36,607 nt of DNA from a virus (Duplodnaviria > Caudoviricetes), in IMG/VR virus record IMGVR_UViG_3300018073_000013, positions 1-36,607 of that record; one strand, 5' to 3'. Shown in pieces: positions 1-9,145 of this stretch. Each line of letters begins with the position of its first letter. Position 1 is the stretch's first letter. The translations under genes were made by a program, and so were the position numbers. The notes under the pieces are model-generated. The model was not told where the DNA came from. It ran no database searches and saw nothing but the letters and a program-made list of their open reading frames with translations.

Positions 1-2027
1 CCGGGGACCTGAGCCGGAGTCGGCCCCGTACCTCCGACAGCTGGAACATCAGCGGCCATGGCTGTCTGCCACACCCCCATTGAGCCGTTGTAGGTCCACC
101 GATATCCAGTCTCGGGGTCGGACCACTCCTGCCCAGGAGACGGACCAGGCGGGAAGTGAGGATCGTCACCGATCCCCCCGATCCCAGGAGCGTCACCGAG
201 GCCGACGTGCCATGGCTCACCGAAGCTCTTGCCCGAGCGCAGCCCGAACTTGCCGGCGTTCTTCATGATCCAGCCGTACTCGCTGGAGGGACCGAGGTCA
301 GCGGCCAGGCCACGGGTGTGCGCCGAGGGCTTGCCCGACACCCGGTTGTAGCCCTTGGCCTTCAGGTTCTGCTGGGTGACGGTGTCGCGCAGGCCTGAGT
401 TGACGCGGATCCGGGGGTTGGCCCGCATCATGTCCCCGACCTTGCGCTTCATGTCGGGGTGCAGACCGGCCGTGGAGGAGGTGCCGTGCATGCCCCACTC
501 CATGCCAGGACTGTCACCGATCTCCGGTTCGTCCCCGAGTTTGGCGATGAGTTGAGTGATCGCGTCGACCATGCCGCCGCCCGCCGAGAAGCCTCCGGTG
601 AACATCTCCATGAGCGAGTCCATACCGCCCTGGCTGACGAAGTTCTGGCCGGCAGTGAGGCCACCGACGAGGTTCTTGGCCAGCGACGTGGCCCCGTGGA
701 TGCCGTAGCCGATGCCGCCACCGATGAGCGCACCGAGAGGACCGCCGCGCTCCAGCAGGCCCATCAGTAGCTCCTGCAGCGTGTCAGGGAGGTACTGCAT
801 GGCCGACAGGGCACCGCGGCTGGTCTGGGCCGGGATCACCTCTCGCTGGACCTGAGCCATCAGGTCGTTGAACCAACGGTTGGACTGCTCCTTGTTGGCG
901 TAGGTGCCGGCCATCGTGCCGGCTAGGCCAAGCTCACCACGACCCTTGGCGGCGACGGCCTGCAGGCGCTCGTAGGGCTGGTTCCCGCCCTGCGCCGCCG
1001 TCATGTTGACCGGCTGGATGTTGAAGGCTCCCTGGGTCGAGTGGGTCTTGTTCGCCTTGCCCAGCGAGTAGTCCCACCAGTACTCCTTCATGTCCTGGGT
1101 GATGCCCTGGGTGGTCAGCCAGGCGTCGATGTTGGAGCCGGGGAAGTACTGAGCGAGCAGCTGTCCGTAGTCGAACGGCTTGCCGGTGTCGGGTGGCGGG
1201 CGCATCCCCTCGACCCAGCGCAGGATGCCCTCGGCCCACTCCTGGAGCGACTTCACTCGCCCGCCGCGGCCGATCATGTTGAAGGCCCCACCTGTGAGGT
1301 ACGCCTGCTGCTGCGCTCCCGGCTGCAGCTGTTGGCCGATGGCACTGGCCATCGCACCCACCGGGGTGGCCGGCGTGATCGCCTGCATCTGCTGGACGGC
1401 CTGGAGGAACCCAGTGGTACGAGCGCTGCCCTGACGGGTGTTGGTCAGGTCCATCATCGCCCCGGACTGGCGGGCGATGCCCATGAGGTTGATCAGGTCC
1501 TCGGGCGATCCCATGACGTTGCCTGGGAAGCGGGCCATCTGCGAAGCGAGGCCAGTTGGGCCATAGATGCTCGACCCCGTGGCGAACATCTGGCCCGACA
1601 GCTGGGCCTGCATGTTCATCGACAGCTGGCGGTTGGTGTCCAGCGACTGCGTGATGAAGCGCAGCGGGAACATCGCCAGGTCCTTCAAGATGTCACTGCC
1701 GGCTGCCGCCGAGGCCATCCCGAACAGCTTGGAGATACCGCCCCCGCCCGACGTCGACTGCACCGTCGACTGCACGGCCTGGTTGGCGTTGTTGATGTTG
1801 TTCGCAGCCTGATTGGCCTGGTTGCCGATCTGGTTGAACATGCCCCCGATCTGCTGGCCCAGCTTCTGCTGCTGGTTGGCAAGCTGCTGGAGCGAGGAGT
1901 TGAGGCCGCCGACCGCTGCGTTCAGCTGCGTCAGCTGATCGGTGGCAGCCTGCAGCCCGGGGATCTGGATGTTGGGGTTCGACCCACCACCGCCACCGCC
2001 GCCGAAGCCGGCGAAGAAGTTAGCCAT
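1..2027 (-). CDS. Tape measure protein (N-terminal part; continues past the left window edge) with an internal M15 metallopeptidase domain
   Basis: Absent from the ORF track because it has no stop in the window. ATG at 2027 gives MANFFAGFGGGGGGGSNPNIQIPGLQAATDQLTQL..., a Gln/Asn/Ala/Gly-rich helical sequence. Frame spot-checked at 779, 320, 218, 119 and 59. Motifs VNSGLR, SAHTRGLAAD and EPWH lie near nt 195-420. It follows tube and chaperone genes. Confidence 0.85.
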   Translation of the reverse strand, partial: MANFFAGFGGGGGGGSNPNIQIPGLQAATDQLTQLNAAVGGLNSSLQQLANQQQKLGQQIGGMFNQIGNQANQAANNINNANQAVQSTVQSTSGGGGISKLFGMASAAAGSDILKDLAMFPLRFITQSLDTNRQLSMNMQAQLSGQMFATGSSIYGPTGLASQMARFPGNVMGSPEDLINLMGIARQSGAMMDLTNTRQGSARTTGFLQAVQQMQAITPATPVGAMASAIGQQLQPGAQQQAYLTGGAFNMIGRGGRVKSLQEWAEGILRWVEGMRPPPDTGKPFDYGQLLAQYFPGSNIDAWLTTQGITQDMKEYWWDYSLGKANKTHSTQGAFNIQPVNMTAAQGGNQPYERLQAVAAKGRGELGLAGTMAGTYANKEQSNRWFNDLMAQVQREVIPAQTSRGALSAMQYLPDTLQELLMGLLERGGPLGALIGGGIGYGIHGATSLAKNLVGGLTAGQNFVSQGGMDSLMEMFTGGFSAGGGMVDAITQLIAKLGDEPEIGDSPGMEWGMHGTSSTAGLHPDMKRKVGDMMRANPRIRVNSGLRDTVTQQNLKAKGYNRVSGKPSAHTRGLAADLGPSSEYGWIMKNAGKFGLRSGKSFGEPWHVGLGDAPGIGGIGDDPHFPPGPSPGQEWSDPETGYRWTYNGSMGVWQTAMAADVPAVGGTGPTPAQVP

Positions 2028-2175
2028 TGGTCTTCCTCGCCCTCTTCCACTCGATCATGGCCATCCAGAACCTGCGCTGTCTTCCAGTCATGCTGCGTAT
2101 CTCACTGAGTGACCACCCGGGGTAGTGCTGCGCGATCACTTCGTAGTTCAGGTAGTTGGACGACTCACTGGAGGC
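2020..2175 (-). CDS. Tail assembly chaperone C-terminal extension (frameshift product, gpGT-like)
   Basis: Frame reads ASSESSNYLNYEVIAQHYPGWSLSEIRSMTGRQRRFWMAMIEW..., the typical short helical W-S-L-x-E-I-x-x-M-x-x-x-x-R module. There is no good start or RBS, and it is +1 relative to the upstream chaperone. Confidence 0.7.
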   Translation of the reverse strand, partial: ASSESSNYLNYEVIAQHYPGWSLSEIRSMTGRQRRFWMAMIEWKRARKTNG

Positions 2176-2962
2176 GAAAGAAGTCCAGCCAGTTGAAGCT
2201 GAGTTGCTGCTCCTCCTGACACCCATGGCACGGGAACTTGATGGTCAGGTCGATGGCGGGCTGGCGGCTGACCAGTTCGTCCAGCAGCTTCTGCCGGTCG
2301 CCCATGGTCATGTCCTTGGCGAAGGCGAGAGGGTCCACGACCATCCCGCCGTTGAGCGAGATGATGCACGACGACAGCAGCTGGGTGTTCATCTCGGCCG
2401 CGGTCATGCCCTCCTTGCGGAGCACCTCCATCTGGTCGGCACCTGTCGCCAGCCGCACCTCCAGGCCCTCGCCCCGAGAGGTCTTGTAGTGGAACGACCG
2501 CTCATCGATGTCATCGACCACCTTGGGCCGGAAGTCCTCGGAGAGCTTGACCCCGAGGTCCTGAGAGCGCCCACACACCGTGCAGGTGACCGGGAAGCGA
2601 CGATCGTCGCCGTAGGTCACCCGGGCGATGTTGAGGAACAGCATGTCGCGCTCCCCGACGAGCAGCTGACGGAGGTACCCCTGGCGCTCGGCCAAGGGCA
2701 ACTCCGTCAGGACCAGATCACCGATGCGGACGGTACCGAGAGCGATGACAGCGTCGAAGATCTCCCCGGAGCGCTTGTATCGGGCGAGTTGCTCCTCGTC
2801 GTTCCCGGTCATCTCGCGCACCTCGGCCCGCTTCTGATCCTGGCCGTTGTGGTGCAGGCCTCGGAGAAGGTCGACCAGGCAATCGGGTGCCGGGTCGATG
2901 ATCGGGATCGGCCCGACCATCTCCTCCTTGGCGCGCTGGAGATCGTGTTCGACGTCTGTCAT
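2165..2962 (-). CDS. Tail assembly chaperone / T4 gp26-like baseplate-hub-family protein
   Basis: 265 aa between tube and tape measure. Motifs EVREMTGNDEE, GERDMLFLNIARVTYG, two CxxC pairs (CTVC, CHGC); ends DFFRLQ. Confidence 0.75.
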   Translation of the reverse strand: MTDVEHDLQRAKEEMVGPIPIIDPAPDCLVDLLRGLHHNGQDQKRAEVREMTGNDEEQLARYKRSGEIFDAVIALGTVRIGDLVLTELPLAERQGYLRQLLVGERDMLFLNIARVTYGDDRRFPVTCTVCGRSQDLGVKLSEDFRPKVVDDIDERSFHYKTSRGEGLEVRLATGADQMEVLRKEGMTAAEMNTQLLSSCIISLNGGMVVDPLAFAKDMTMGDRQKLLDELVSRQPAIDLTIKFPCHGCQEEQQLSFNWLDFFRLQ

Positions 2963-2982
2963 TGCATATCTCGATATCTAGC

Positions 2983-3591
2983 TCAGGTCCCGACGAGGAC
3001 CGGGGTGGACACCAGGTTCATGGCGTTGTTGAGGCTCGCCGCCTGGTCGTGGCCGAAGTACACCTCAAAGCCTTCGTGGTGTACCTGCATCTGGTGGACG
3101 AGGATGCCGTTGTTCTGGGCATCGAGGCCACCGAAGCCAACGCTGGCCGTCCAGCAGTTGTAGAACTGGAAGGCGATCACCGCACCGTCGTAGGACCGCG
3201 TCGACATCGACGCCGACCCGTGGGTCACCGGGTGACCCATCACCCGCACGGTGAGGGTGTAGCGGTACTGGGTGATCTGGCCTCCGCTGAAGTCCAACGT
3301 GCCGGCACCGTGCTGCACGCTGAACATCTTCTTCGCCAGGTTCCACATGTGTGGCTTGTCGTAGAAGACGCCCGACGACATCGTGAGGGGCTGGAAGTTG
3401 GTCTGCCCGGGCAGCTTGCGCGGGCTGGTGTTGTAGCCGCCCTCCCGGTAGGCGGTCATGTCGGTGTCCATGGCGATGCCTTCGACGGACATGAACCCCA
3501 TGTCCTTGAAGACGGAGCCATCGACCCCAACGGCGTCGACCAGGAACTTGAAGTTCCTGACCGGATCGGAACGTTCGAACGTGGTTGCCAT
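2983..3591 (-). CDS. Tail tube protein (T4 gp19-like)
   Basis: DPVRNFKFLV, GFMSVEG, YREGG...RKLPGQTNF and HEGF motifs; directly after the sheath gene. Confidence 0.92.
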   Translation of the reverse strand: MATTFERSDPVRNFKFLVDAVGVDGSVFKDMGFMSVEGIAMDTDMTAYREGGYNTSPRKLPGQTNFQPLTMSSGVFYDKPHMWNLAKKMFSVQHGAGTLDFSGGQITQYRYTLTVRVMGHPVTHGSASMSTRSYDGAVIAFQFYNCWTASVGFGGLDAQNNGILVHQMQVHHEGFEVYFGHDQAASLNNAMNLVSTPVLVGT

Positions 3592-3599
3592 TGCTGCTC

Positions 3600-6011
3600 C
3601 TAGAAGGCCTGGACTTCGTTGGTGAAGTTGCTGCTGGTGATCTGCGTGATCTTGATGACGACGAACTCGGCGGGGTACTCCAGTGCCACGCCGACCTCCA
3701 TCCGCACCTCACCCGACGAGATGACGTTGATGGTGTTCAGCGTCGAGTCGCAGCGGATGTAGTACGCCTGGTTGGGCGAGGTGCCACGCAGCCCGCCCCG
3801 CTCCCACAGGGGGCGAAGGATGTTGTCGGCCGTGATCCGCATCGAAGACCACAGACGCTCGTCGTTGTTCTCGAACACGGCCCACTGCGTCGACCGGCGC
3901 AACTGCTCCTTGATGTTGATCAGGGTGCGGCGCGCCGAGATGTAGTGGTCCGGGCCGTAGCTCTTGCGGGTGCGGGCACCCATGATGCAGATGCCGGCAC
4001 CGACCACCGGCCGGATGACGTTGACGTCGGAGTGGTTGAGGTCGCCCAGTTCGGAGTCGGTGAACTTGGCCTGCACGCCCACGGCGTTGGTCAGCGTGGC
4101 GATCACACCGGCCGGCGCACGGTGGAAGCCGATGGTGGCATCGATGCGGGCGGTCACGCCCATCACCGCCCCACCGGCCGGGATCGGGATGACCGCCCCG
4201 ACCTGGGTCGGGTGCGGGATGAGGATCCACGGCCCGTAGCTCGCCGTGTACGACGTCTGGTCGAAGATGAGGTCGCTCTGCATCTCCTTCATGTAGCTGG
4301 AGGTGCGGTAGCTGGCCGTGTAGTCCTTCGGCTGGCAGAAGTCGTTGAAGACCATCACGTCTTCCCGGTCGGAGAAGCTCGACGGGGAGAAGTTCGCCCC
4401 GACGACCACCGACCCGCCATCGCTCAACTCCCCCGGACGATCGCGGAACGACTCGTCAGCGAGGTAGGGAGCGATGTTGATGATGATCGGCCCCTCGACT
4501 CCACCCAGCTGCAACGGTGCAGTCTGGAGGTCCGAGGCGGTCGGCCAGTCCGGGTCGTCGCCGCCGGCCAGGAGCACCGGGTCGAGCTTCTCGACGGGCT
4601 GCTCGACGTTGAGGTTGAGGTTGGTGACCCTGACGAAGCGGGACCCACCGAGGGAGTCGTTGACCGCCGAGTCGACCCGGCGCGTCCCGGCGATCTCGCC
4701 GCGCACCGAGAGGTTCTGGAACCGCTCCAGCGTCTCGTAGTTCACCCCGTCCGAGGCCTGCTGGAGGATCTCCAGCGAGAAGATCTTCGGCTGGTTGGCG
4801 TTGACGCCGAGGCGATAGGAGAGGTCGTTGCCCCAGTCGCCGGCACTGATGGCGTTGAGCTTGAAGGCCGTCAGCGGGGTGGTGGCCCCATCGTTGACGG
4901 TCACCGCCGCCGTGGCCCCGTAGGTGCCGGTCGTCTCGGCCTTGGCCGCTCGCAGGATCCAGGCGAAGCGCCCACCGTTCTGGAAGAACGAGTAGACGGA
5001 GAAGGGCAGGTACGACAGGGCCTTGGGCGCTGCCGTGGTGACCACGGTGCCGGGGTACGCACCAGCGGCCCACACCCCGTTGTTGACCCCGATCGTGCCC
5101 GACTGGGGACCGGGCTTCCAGGCCGTGCCATTCCAGCTGAAGGCGTAGGGACCGACCCAGATGACCTGGCCCGAGGTCCACGCTGTGTTGGGTACGGCGA
5201 CGAAGCCCTCGCCACTCACGCCAGGAGTGGTCGTGGTGACGTTGATGGTCCCGCCGACCAGAGGTGCCGTGCCGTTGGCGACGGTGGCCTGTGCGACATC
5301 GCCATATCCGGTGTAGGTCAGCGTGAACGGGCCACCCGTGGCGATCGTGCCCGTGCCGGCGACGACCACGGTGTTGCCGGGGATCGCGGTGTTGATCGCT
5401 GCGGTGACGTCAGCCGGCGTGGCCGTGTAGGCGATGTCGGCCGTGGTCACCCCGAGCAGCGTCAGCTTCCACTGACCACCCGTGAGCGTGGCCGACTTGG
5501 TGAGGGTCTGGACCTCGCTGACCGAGAGCAGCTTGGCGGCGTTGGCATCGTCCTGGGCGGTGATGTCCGGGTCGGCAGCGAAGGCGTTGGTCGGGCCGGC
5601 AGCGCCACGGTTGGTCGACTGGGGCGGGGTGTTGTAGTACGCCTTGGAGTTGTCACCGAGACGGACGAACTCGCCGGGGGTGGACGAGCCGAAGTTCGGC
5701 GGGCCGACGTACTTGCCGTTGCCCTTCGTGGAGTGGGCCTGCAGAGCACCGAAGTTGGCCGGCGCTCCCGAGGGGAACGCCCCCGAGGTGAGGTCGAGGG
5801 GGTCGGTCCCGGCCGGGGCCGGGATGGCATCGAACCCGCCGAAGACCGTGAAGTAGTCGCTCCACGATTCGACGAGGATGGGGGTGTTGACTGGCCCCTT
5901 GGGGGCCATGCCGACGAAGGCGGCGACCGTGGTGGTGCCGGCGACATCGGAGGGGTTGAGAAGGAGGCTTTCCTCCAAGTAGACGCCTGGACGGCGGTAG
6001 GTGCTGGGCAT
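3600..6011 (-). CDS. Contractile tail sheath protein with an internal insertion
   Basis: N-terminal YRRPGVYLEE, AFVGMAPKGP, FFQNGG, HRAPAG, GART, YISARR, WAVFENND..LW, and C-terminal EVGVALEYPAEFVVIKI. RBS GAGGAG upstream. Confidence 0.95.
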   Translation of the reverse strand: MPSTYRRPGVYLEESLLLNPSDVAGTTTVAAFVGMAPKGPVNTPILVESWSDYFTVFGGFDAIPAPAGTDPLDLTSGAFPSGAPANFGALQAHSTKGNGKYVGPPNFGSSTPGEFVRLGDNSKAYYNTPPQSTNRGAAGPTNAFAADPDITAQDDANAAKLLSVSEVQTLTKSATLTGGQWKLTLLGVTTADIAYTATPADVTAAINTAIPGNTVVVAGTGTIATGGPFTLTYTGYGDVAQATVANGTAPLVGGTINVTTTTPGVSGEGFVAVPNTAWTSGQVIWVGPYAFSWNGTAWKPGPQSGTIGVNNGVWAAGAYPGTVVTTAAPKALSYLPFSVYSFFQNGGRFAWILRAAKAETTGTYGATAAVTVNDGATTPLTAFKLNAISAGDWGNDLSYRLGVNANQPKIFSLEILQQASDGVNYETLERFQNLSVRGEIAGTRRVDSAVNDSLGGSRFVRVTNLNLNVEQPVEKLDPVLLAGGDDPDWPTASDLQTAPLQLGGVEGPIIINIAPYLADESFRDRPGELSDGGSVVVGANFSPSSFSDREDVMVFNDFCQPKDYTASYRTSSYMKEMQSDLIFDQTSYTASYGPWILIPHPTQVGAVIPIPAGGAVMGVTARIDATIGFHRAPAGVIATLTNAVGVQAKFTDSELGDLNHSDVNVIRPVVGAGICIMGARTRKSYGPDHYISARRTLINIKEQLRRSTQWAVFENNDERLWSSMRITADNILRPLWERGGLRGTSPNQAYYIRCDSTLNTINVISSGEVRMEVGVALEYPAEFVVIKITQITSSNFTNEVQAF

Positions 6012-6078
6012 TGTCGCTCCTCATGTGTGACTGGTGAGTCAGCGAGTGCGACGACGTGTGCTACGGGTCTGATGACTG

Positions 6079-6906
6079 TTACGGCGTGTCGGGTGGACGT
6101 TCGTTCGTGATGTGGAAGTACTCGCCTCCTTCCTCGCGCTCGGTCTGGGTGAAGTCCCCGAGCGGATCGGGCTGATTGTGGAGGAAGGCCTCGTAGTACG
6201 AGTCGAACTGCTCCAGGTCGACGCCGACGATGAGCGAGCGCAGGACCTTGTAGACCATCCCGTCGTCCTCGGTGAGCCGGGACTGCGGGATCTCGGCCTG
6301 CATCGAGATGGTCCACGCCTTGCGGAAGATGCGCTTGGTCCCCGACTCCGTCGACTCCTGGGTGTTGTTGGGGACCATGTCGAGGTTCTCGGTGCGCCGC
6401 CAGGTGTCGTCGGCTGGGCACCGGATATGGAAGGGCCGCACCGGCAGCAGGTCGGTCATGAAGATCGACGTGAGGTACCGGTCATGGAGGTTGGACCGGG
6501 CGAAGGTAGTCACCTGGAACATCAGCCGGAAGGGGAGGTAGGCCTTCAGCTGCCACTCGGTGTTGCCGAACGGGGGCGGCGGTAGGCCAGGCGAGAAGCT
6601 CGGCCGGTACAGCGTCCGCGTGGGGTCGTAGTGGTCCTCGTTGGAGAGGTAGTAGTCCGAGTGGAACAGGTCGAACGCCGGCTCCACGTTGATCAAGTCG
6701 ATGATGATGAACGGGTACTTGATCTGGCGCTCGCCCTCGGGGAAGCGGAACCACACGTCGACCTTCACCGGCTTGCCGTTGGGGCCGGCCGGCACGGCCG
6801 GCACCGTCAGGCCCGACAGGTGGGCCTTCAGCGCTGCCTCTTCCGCGAGTATGAAGCCGCGGTGGTTGTCGAGGTCCGGTTCGGCCAGGAGGGGGTAGAC
6901 GGTCAC
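6079..6906 (-). CDS. Probable tail terminator / sheath-stabiliser protein
   Basis: GTG start overlaps the upstream stop (GTGA). EEAALKAHLSGLTV, VWFRFPE..YPFIIIDL, FQVTTFAR..HDR and RIFRKAWTI motifs; immediately before the sheath. Confidence 0.7.
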   Translation of the reverse strand: MTVYPLLAEPDLDNHRGFILAEEAALKAHLSGLTVPAVPAGPNGKPVKVDVWFRFPEGERQIKYPFIIIDLINVEPAFDLFHSDYYLSNEDHYDPTRTLYRPSFSPGLPPPPFGNTEWQLKAYLPFRLMFQVTTFARSNLHDRYLTSIFMTDLLPVRPFHIRCPADDTWRRTENLDMVPNNTQESTESGTKRIFRKAWTISMQAEIPQSRLTEDDGMVYKVLRSLIVGVDLEQFDSYYEAFLHNQPDPLGDFTQTEREEGGEYFHITNERPPDTP

Positions 6907-7280
6907 CAGGGCACCCGCGTCCCCGGGCCGAAGGCCGCTTCCATGTGCTCGCCGGCCGCTGCGTAGGCAGCGCGGGCGTCGGACTGGGCGGTGCGGAACA
7001 GGGGACTGGGCGGGGTCACCTCGTCGCCGTACTCCAGCAGCATCGCCTGGGAGACACGCTCCTGGTTGTTGACGCCGATGACGAGCATGCCGTCCTGGGA
7101 CCACACGGAGATGTCGTCGGCCAGGGAGGCCCACTGGTCGTCCATGCGAGCACGGTCCTGGACCCGACGCTGCATCACCGCTATCGCCTTCGCCTGGGCT
7201 GCATTGGCCTCTAACGCCAGCCGTTGGGCATAGCGAGTTATGTCAGCGGACAGGCCGCTGAGATCAATCGAGGTGGCCAC
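6903..7280 (-). CDS. Probable neck / tail-completion protein (HK97 gp10-like position)
   Basis: 125 aa with LEYGDEVTPPSPLFR (an LEYG motif typical of gp10-like proteins); RBS GGAGA upstream; synteny. Confidence 0.6.
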   Translation of the reverse strand: MATSIDLSGLSADITRYAQRLALEANAAQAKAIAVMQRRVQDRARMDDQWASLADDISVWSQDGMLVIGVNNQERVSQAMLLEYGDEVTPPSPLFRTAQSDARAAYAAAGEHMEAAFGPGTRVPW

Positions 7281-7346
7281 GGGTTCTCCCGGTGCAGCTG
7301 GGCGATGAGATCGAGAGCCGCGCAGCCCTCGATGCCGGCGACGTTA

Positions 7347-9137
7347 CTACGCGGCGCTCTCCAGGGCGATGACCCTGTCTGCCAACTCCTGCAGCGCCGC
7401 GGTGAGCAACGGCGTCTCGCCGCCGTAGTCGAGGCTCTGGCCGTCGATCGTGCCGTCATCGTGGACGGCATCCTTCTCCCCGGTGACGAGATAGGGGACG
7501 ACCGGCTGCGCTTCGTGAGCGATGAAGCCTTCGAACTCCTTGCCGCTGTCCCTCCACCGAAGGCGCTTGGGCCGCAACTTCATCACCCGGTCGAGCGCCC
7601 CGGTGATGGGGCCGAGGTCGTCCTTCCACCGGTAGTCGGACGGGGCCGACACGGTGCAGTTGACGATCGTGATGCCCGTGGTGGTCAGCTGCCGGATCTC
7701 CGAGAGCAGCTGAGTGGTGGTGCCGCGGAGGAACTGGATGAAGGCCTTGCCGCTCGCATCGTTGGCACCGACGTGGTGGCAGTAGAGGTTGGCGGCGACG
7801 TCCGTGGTGGACAGGATTCGCCCATAGAGGCCCTGGAACTCCAGGCCGACGTTGTGAACGTCAGAAGCAGCCTTGCCCCAGATGAAGTTCTCGGTGTACA
7901 TCTTTCCCTGGAAGGCGCCGTTCGGATAGAACGCGATCTCACCACCGGCACCAGGGACCAGATCGACATCCCCAGCCCCCGTCGTCCGAAGCTGGACGGT
8001 GCCACCAGAGAACTCGTTCTGGATCATCAACGACGTGCTGCCGGGGTAGCCGATGTACCCGCCGCGAGTGCCCGGGACGGTCGTCGTGCCGTGCCCGTAG
8101 AACGACATGTACACGTCGTTGCCACCAGCAGAGGTGTCGACCAGCCGAACCTGCCCACCATTGCCGCCGAACATTCCGAGGGCACCGAAGTAGGCAGCAC
8201 CATTGACGGAAGCGGTACCGGTGACAGTCAGGCCACCAGTGACATCGATGGAGTTGGCGTCGATCGACAAGGTAGACGCCGTGGCGGTGTCGGTGTGCGA
8301 GCCACCGATGTAGAACTTGTAGGCCGAGCCGCTGCGGAAGTACAGGTTGTTGCCCTGGATGCCGAGGCCAAAGCTGGACGAGTACATGTTGATGTGCTGG
8401 CCGAGGCGGGCACCGAAGCTGAGAGTGCCGGTTATCTCGTCGCCGGCCGTGGCCACACGCGTGCCGACCTGGGTGTCCACGTAGGCCTTGCGGGCGACAG
8501 CGCCAGTTGCGCCGTCCTGGGTCGTGCCCGACAGGTACATGTTGGGGGCCGTGACGCTGCCGGCCGTGAGGCTGCTGACGATCACTGCCGACCCACCCAC
8601 ACGGAGGTTGCCGGCCACCAGGTTCAGAGCGTCGGCACCGGCCGCACCGTTGAGGACCATCGTCGGAGCGAGGATCGGAGAGTCCGAGACGAGGCTGGTC
8701 GGGTTGGTGGTCAGCTTGGACGTGCGGTTGCCGCCACCAGCAGCGGTCTTGATCGACACCGTGTCAGCGAGGAAGCCCGCCGACGTTTCGAAGTCGATGG
8801 ATGAGCGGACCTTCAGGTTGGAGAAGACCAGGCCGGCACCGCTGGCGTCCTTGTGAGCGAACGTCGCCGTGCCAAGCGGGCTGACACCCGAGGAGACGAG
8901 GCGCAGCAGGCGCGACGACAGCAGGGGGACCCACTCCCCCGACCACACGCTGACGGTGTCATTGGCCTGCACGTAGACGGCCTGGCCGGTCTGCGGGGAG
9001 GTGGGACGATCAGCGTCCGCTGCATACCGCAATATGCCGCGGTACTGGAGGAAGTCACCGTCCTCCTTGCGCCAGTTGTGGGTCCAGTTGATCCACGACG
9101 CCGGCCCGTAGCCGGTTGCTGGAACTGGTTCAGCCAT
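7347..9137 (-). CDS. Fibre/spike protein with a C-terminal intramolecular chaperone (Peptidase S74)
   Basis: ATG at 9137 with RBS AGGAGG. Gly/Thr-rich beta body, AVARKAYVD knot, and C-terminal SDYRWKDDL..ALDRVMKLRP..GFIAHEAQPVVPYLV..LDYG..PLLTAALQEL. Confidence 0.88.
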   Translation of the reverse strand: MAEPVPATGYGPASWINWTHNWRKEDGDFLQYRGILRYAADADRPTSPQTGQAVYVQANDTVSVWSGEWVPLLSSRLLRLVSSGVSPLGTATFAHKDASGAGLVFSNLKVRSSIDFETSAGFLADTVSIKTAAGGGNRTSKLTTNPTSLVSDSPILAPTMVLNGAAGADALNLVAGNLRVGGSAVIVSSLTAGSVTAPNMYLSGTTQDGATGAVARKAYVDTQVGTRVATAGDEITGTLSFGARLGQHINMYSSSFGLGIQGNNLYFRSGSAYKFYIGGSHTDTATASTLSIDANSIDVTGGLTVTGTASVNGAAYFGALGMFGGNGGQVRLVDTSAGGNDVYMSFYGHGTTTVPGTRGGYIGYPGSTSLMIQNEFSGGTVQLRTTGAGDVDLVPGAGGEIAFYPNGAFQGKMYTENFIWGKAASDVHNVGLEFQGLYGRILSTTDVAANLYCHHVGANDASGKAFIQFLRGTTTQLLSEIRQLTTTGITIVNCTVSAPSDYRWKDDLGPITGALDRVMKLRPKRLRWRDSGKEFEGFIAHEAQPVVPYLVTGEKDAVHDDGTIDGQSLDYGGETPLLTAALQELADRVIALESAA

Positions 9138-9145
9138 GAGTCCTC

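Noticed and set aside
2165-6906. Extracellular contractile injection system or tailocin
   Set aside because: Terminase, portal, scaffold and capsid genes are in the same operon, so this is a complete phage morphogenesis module.
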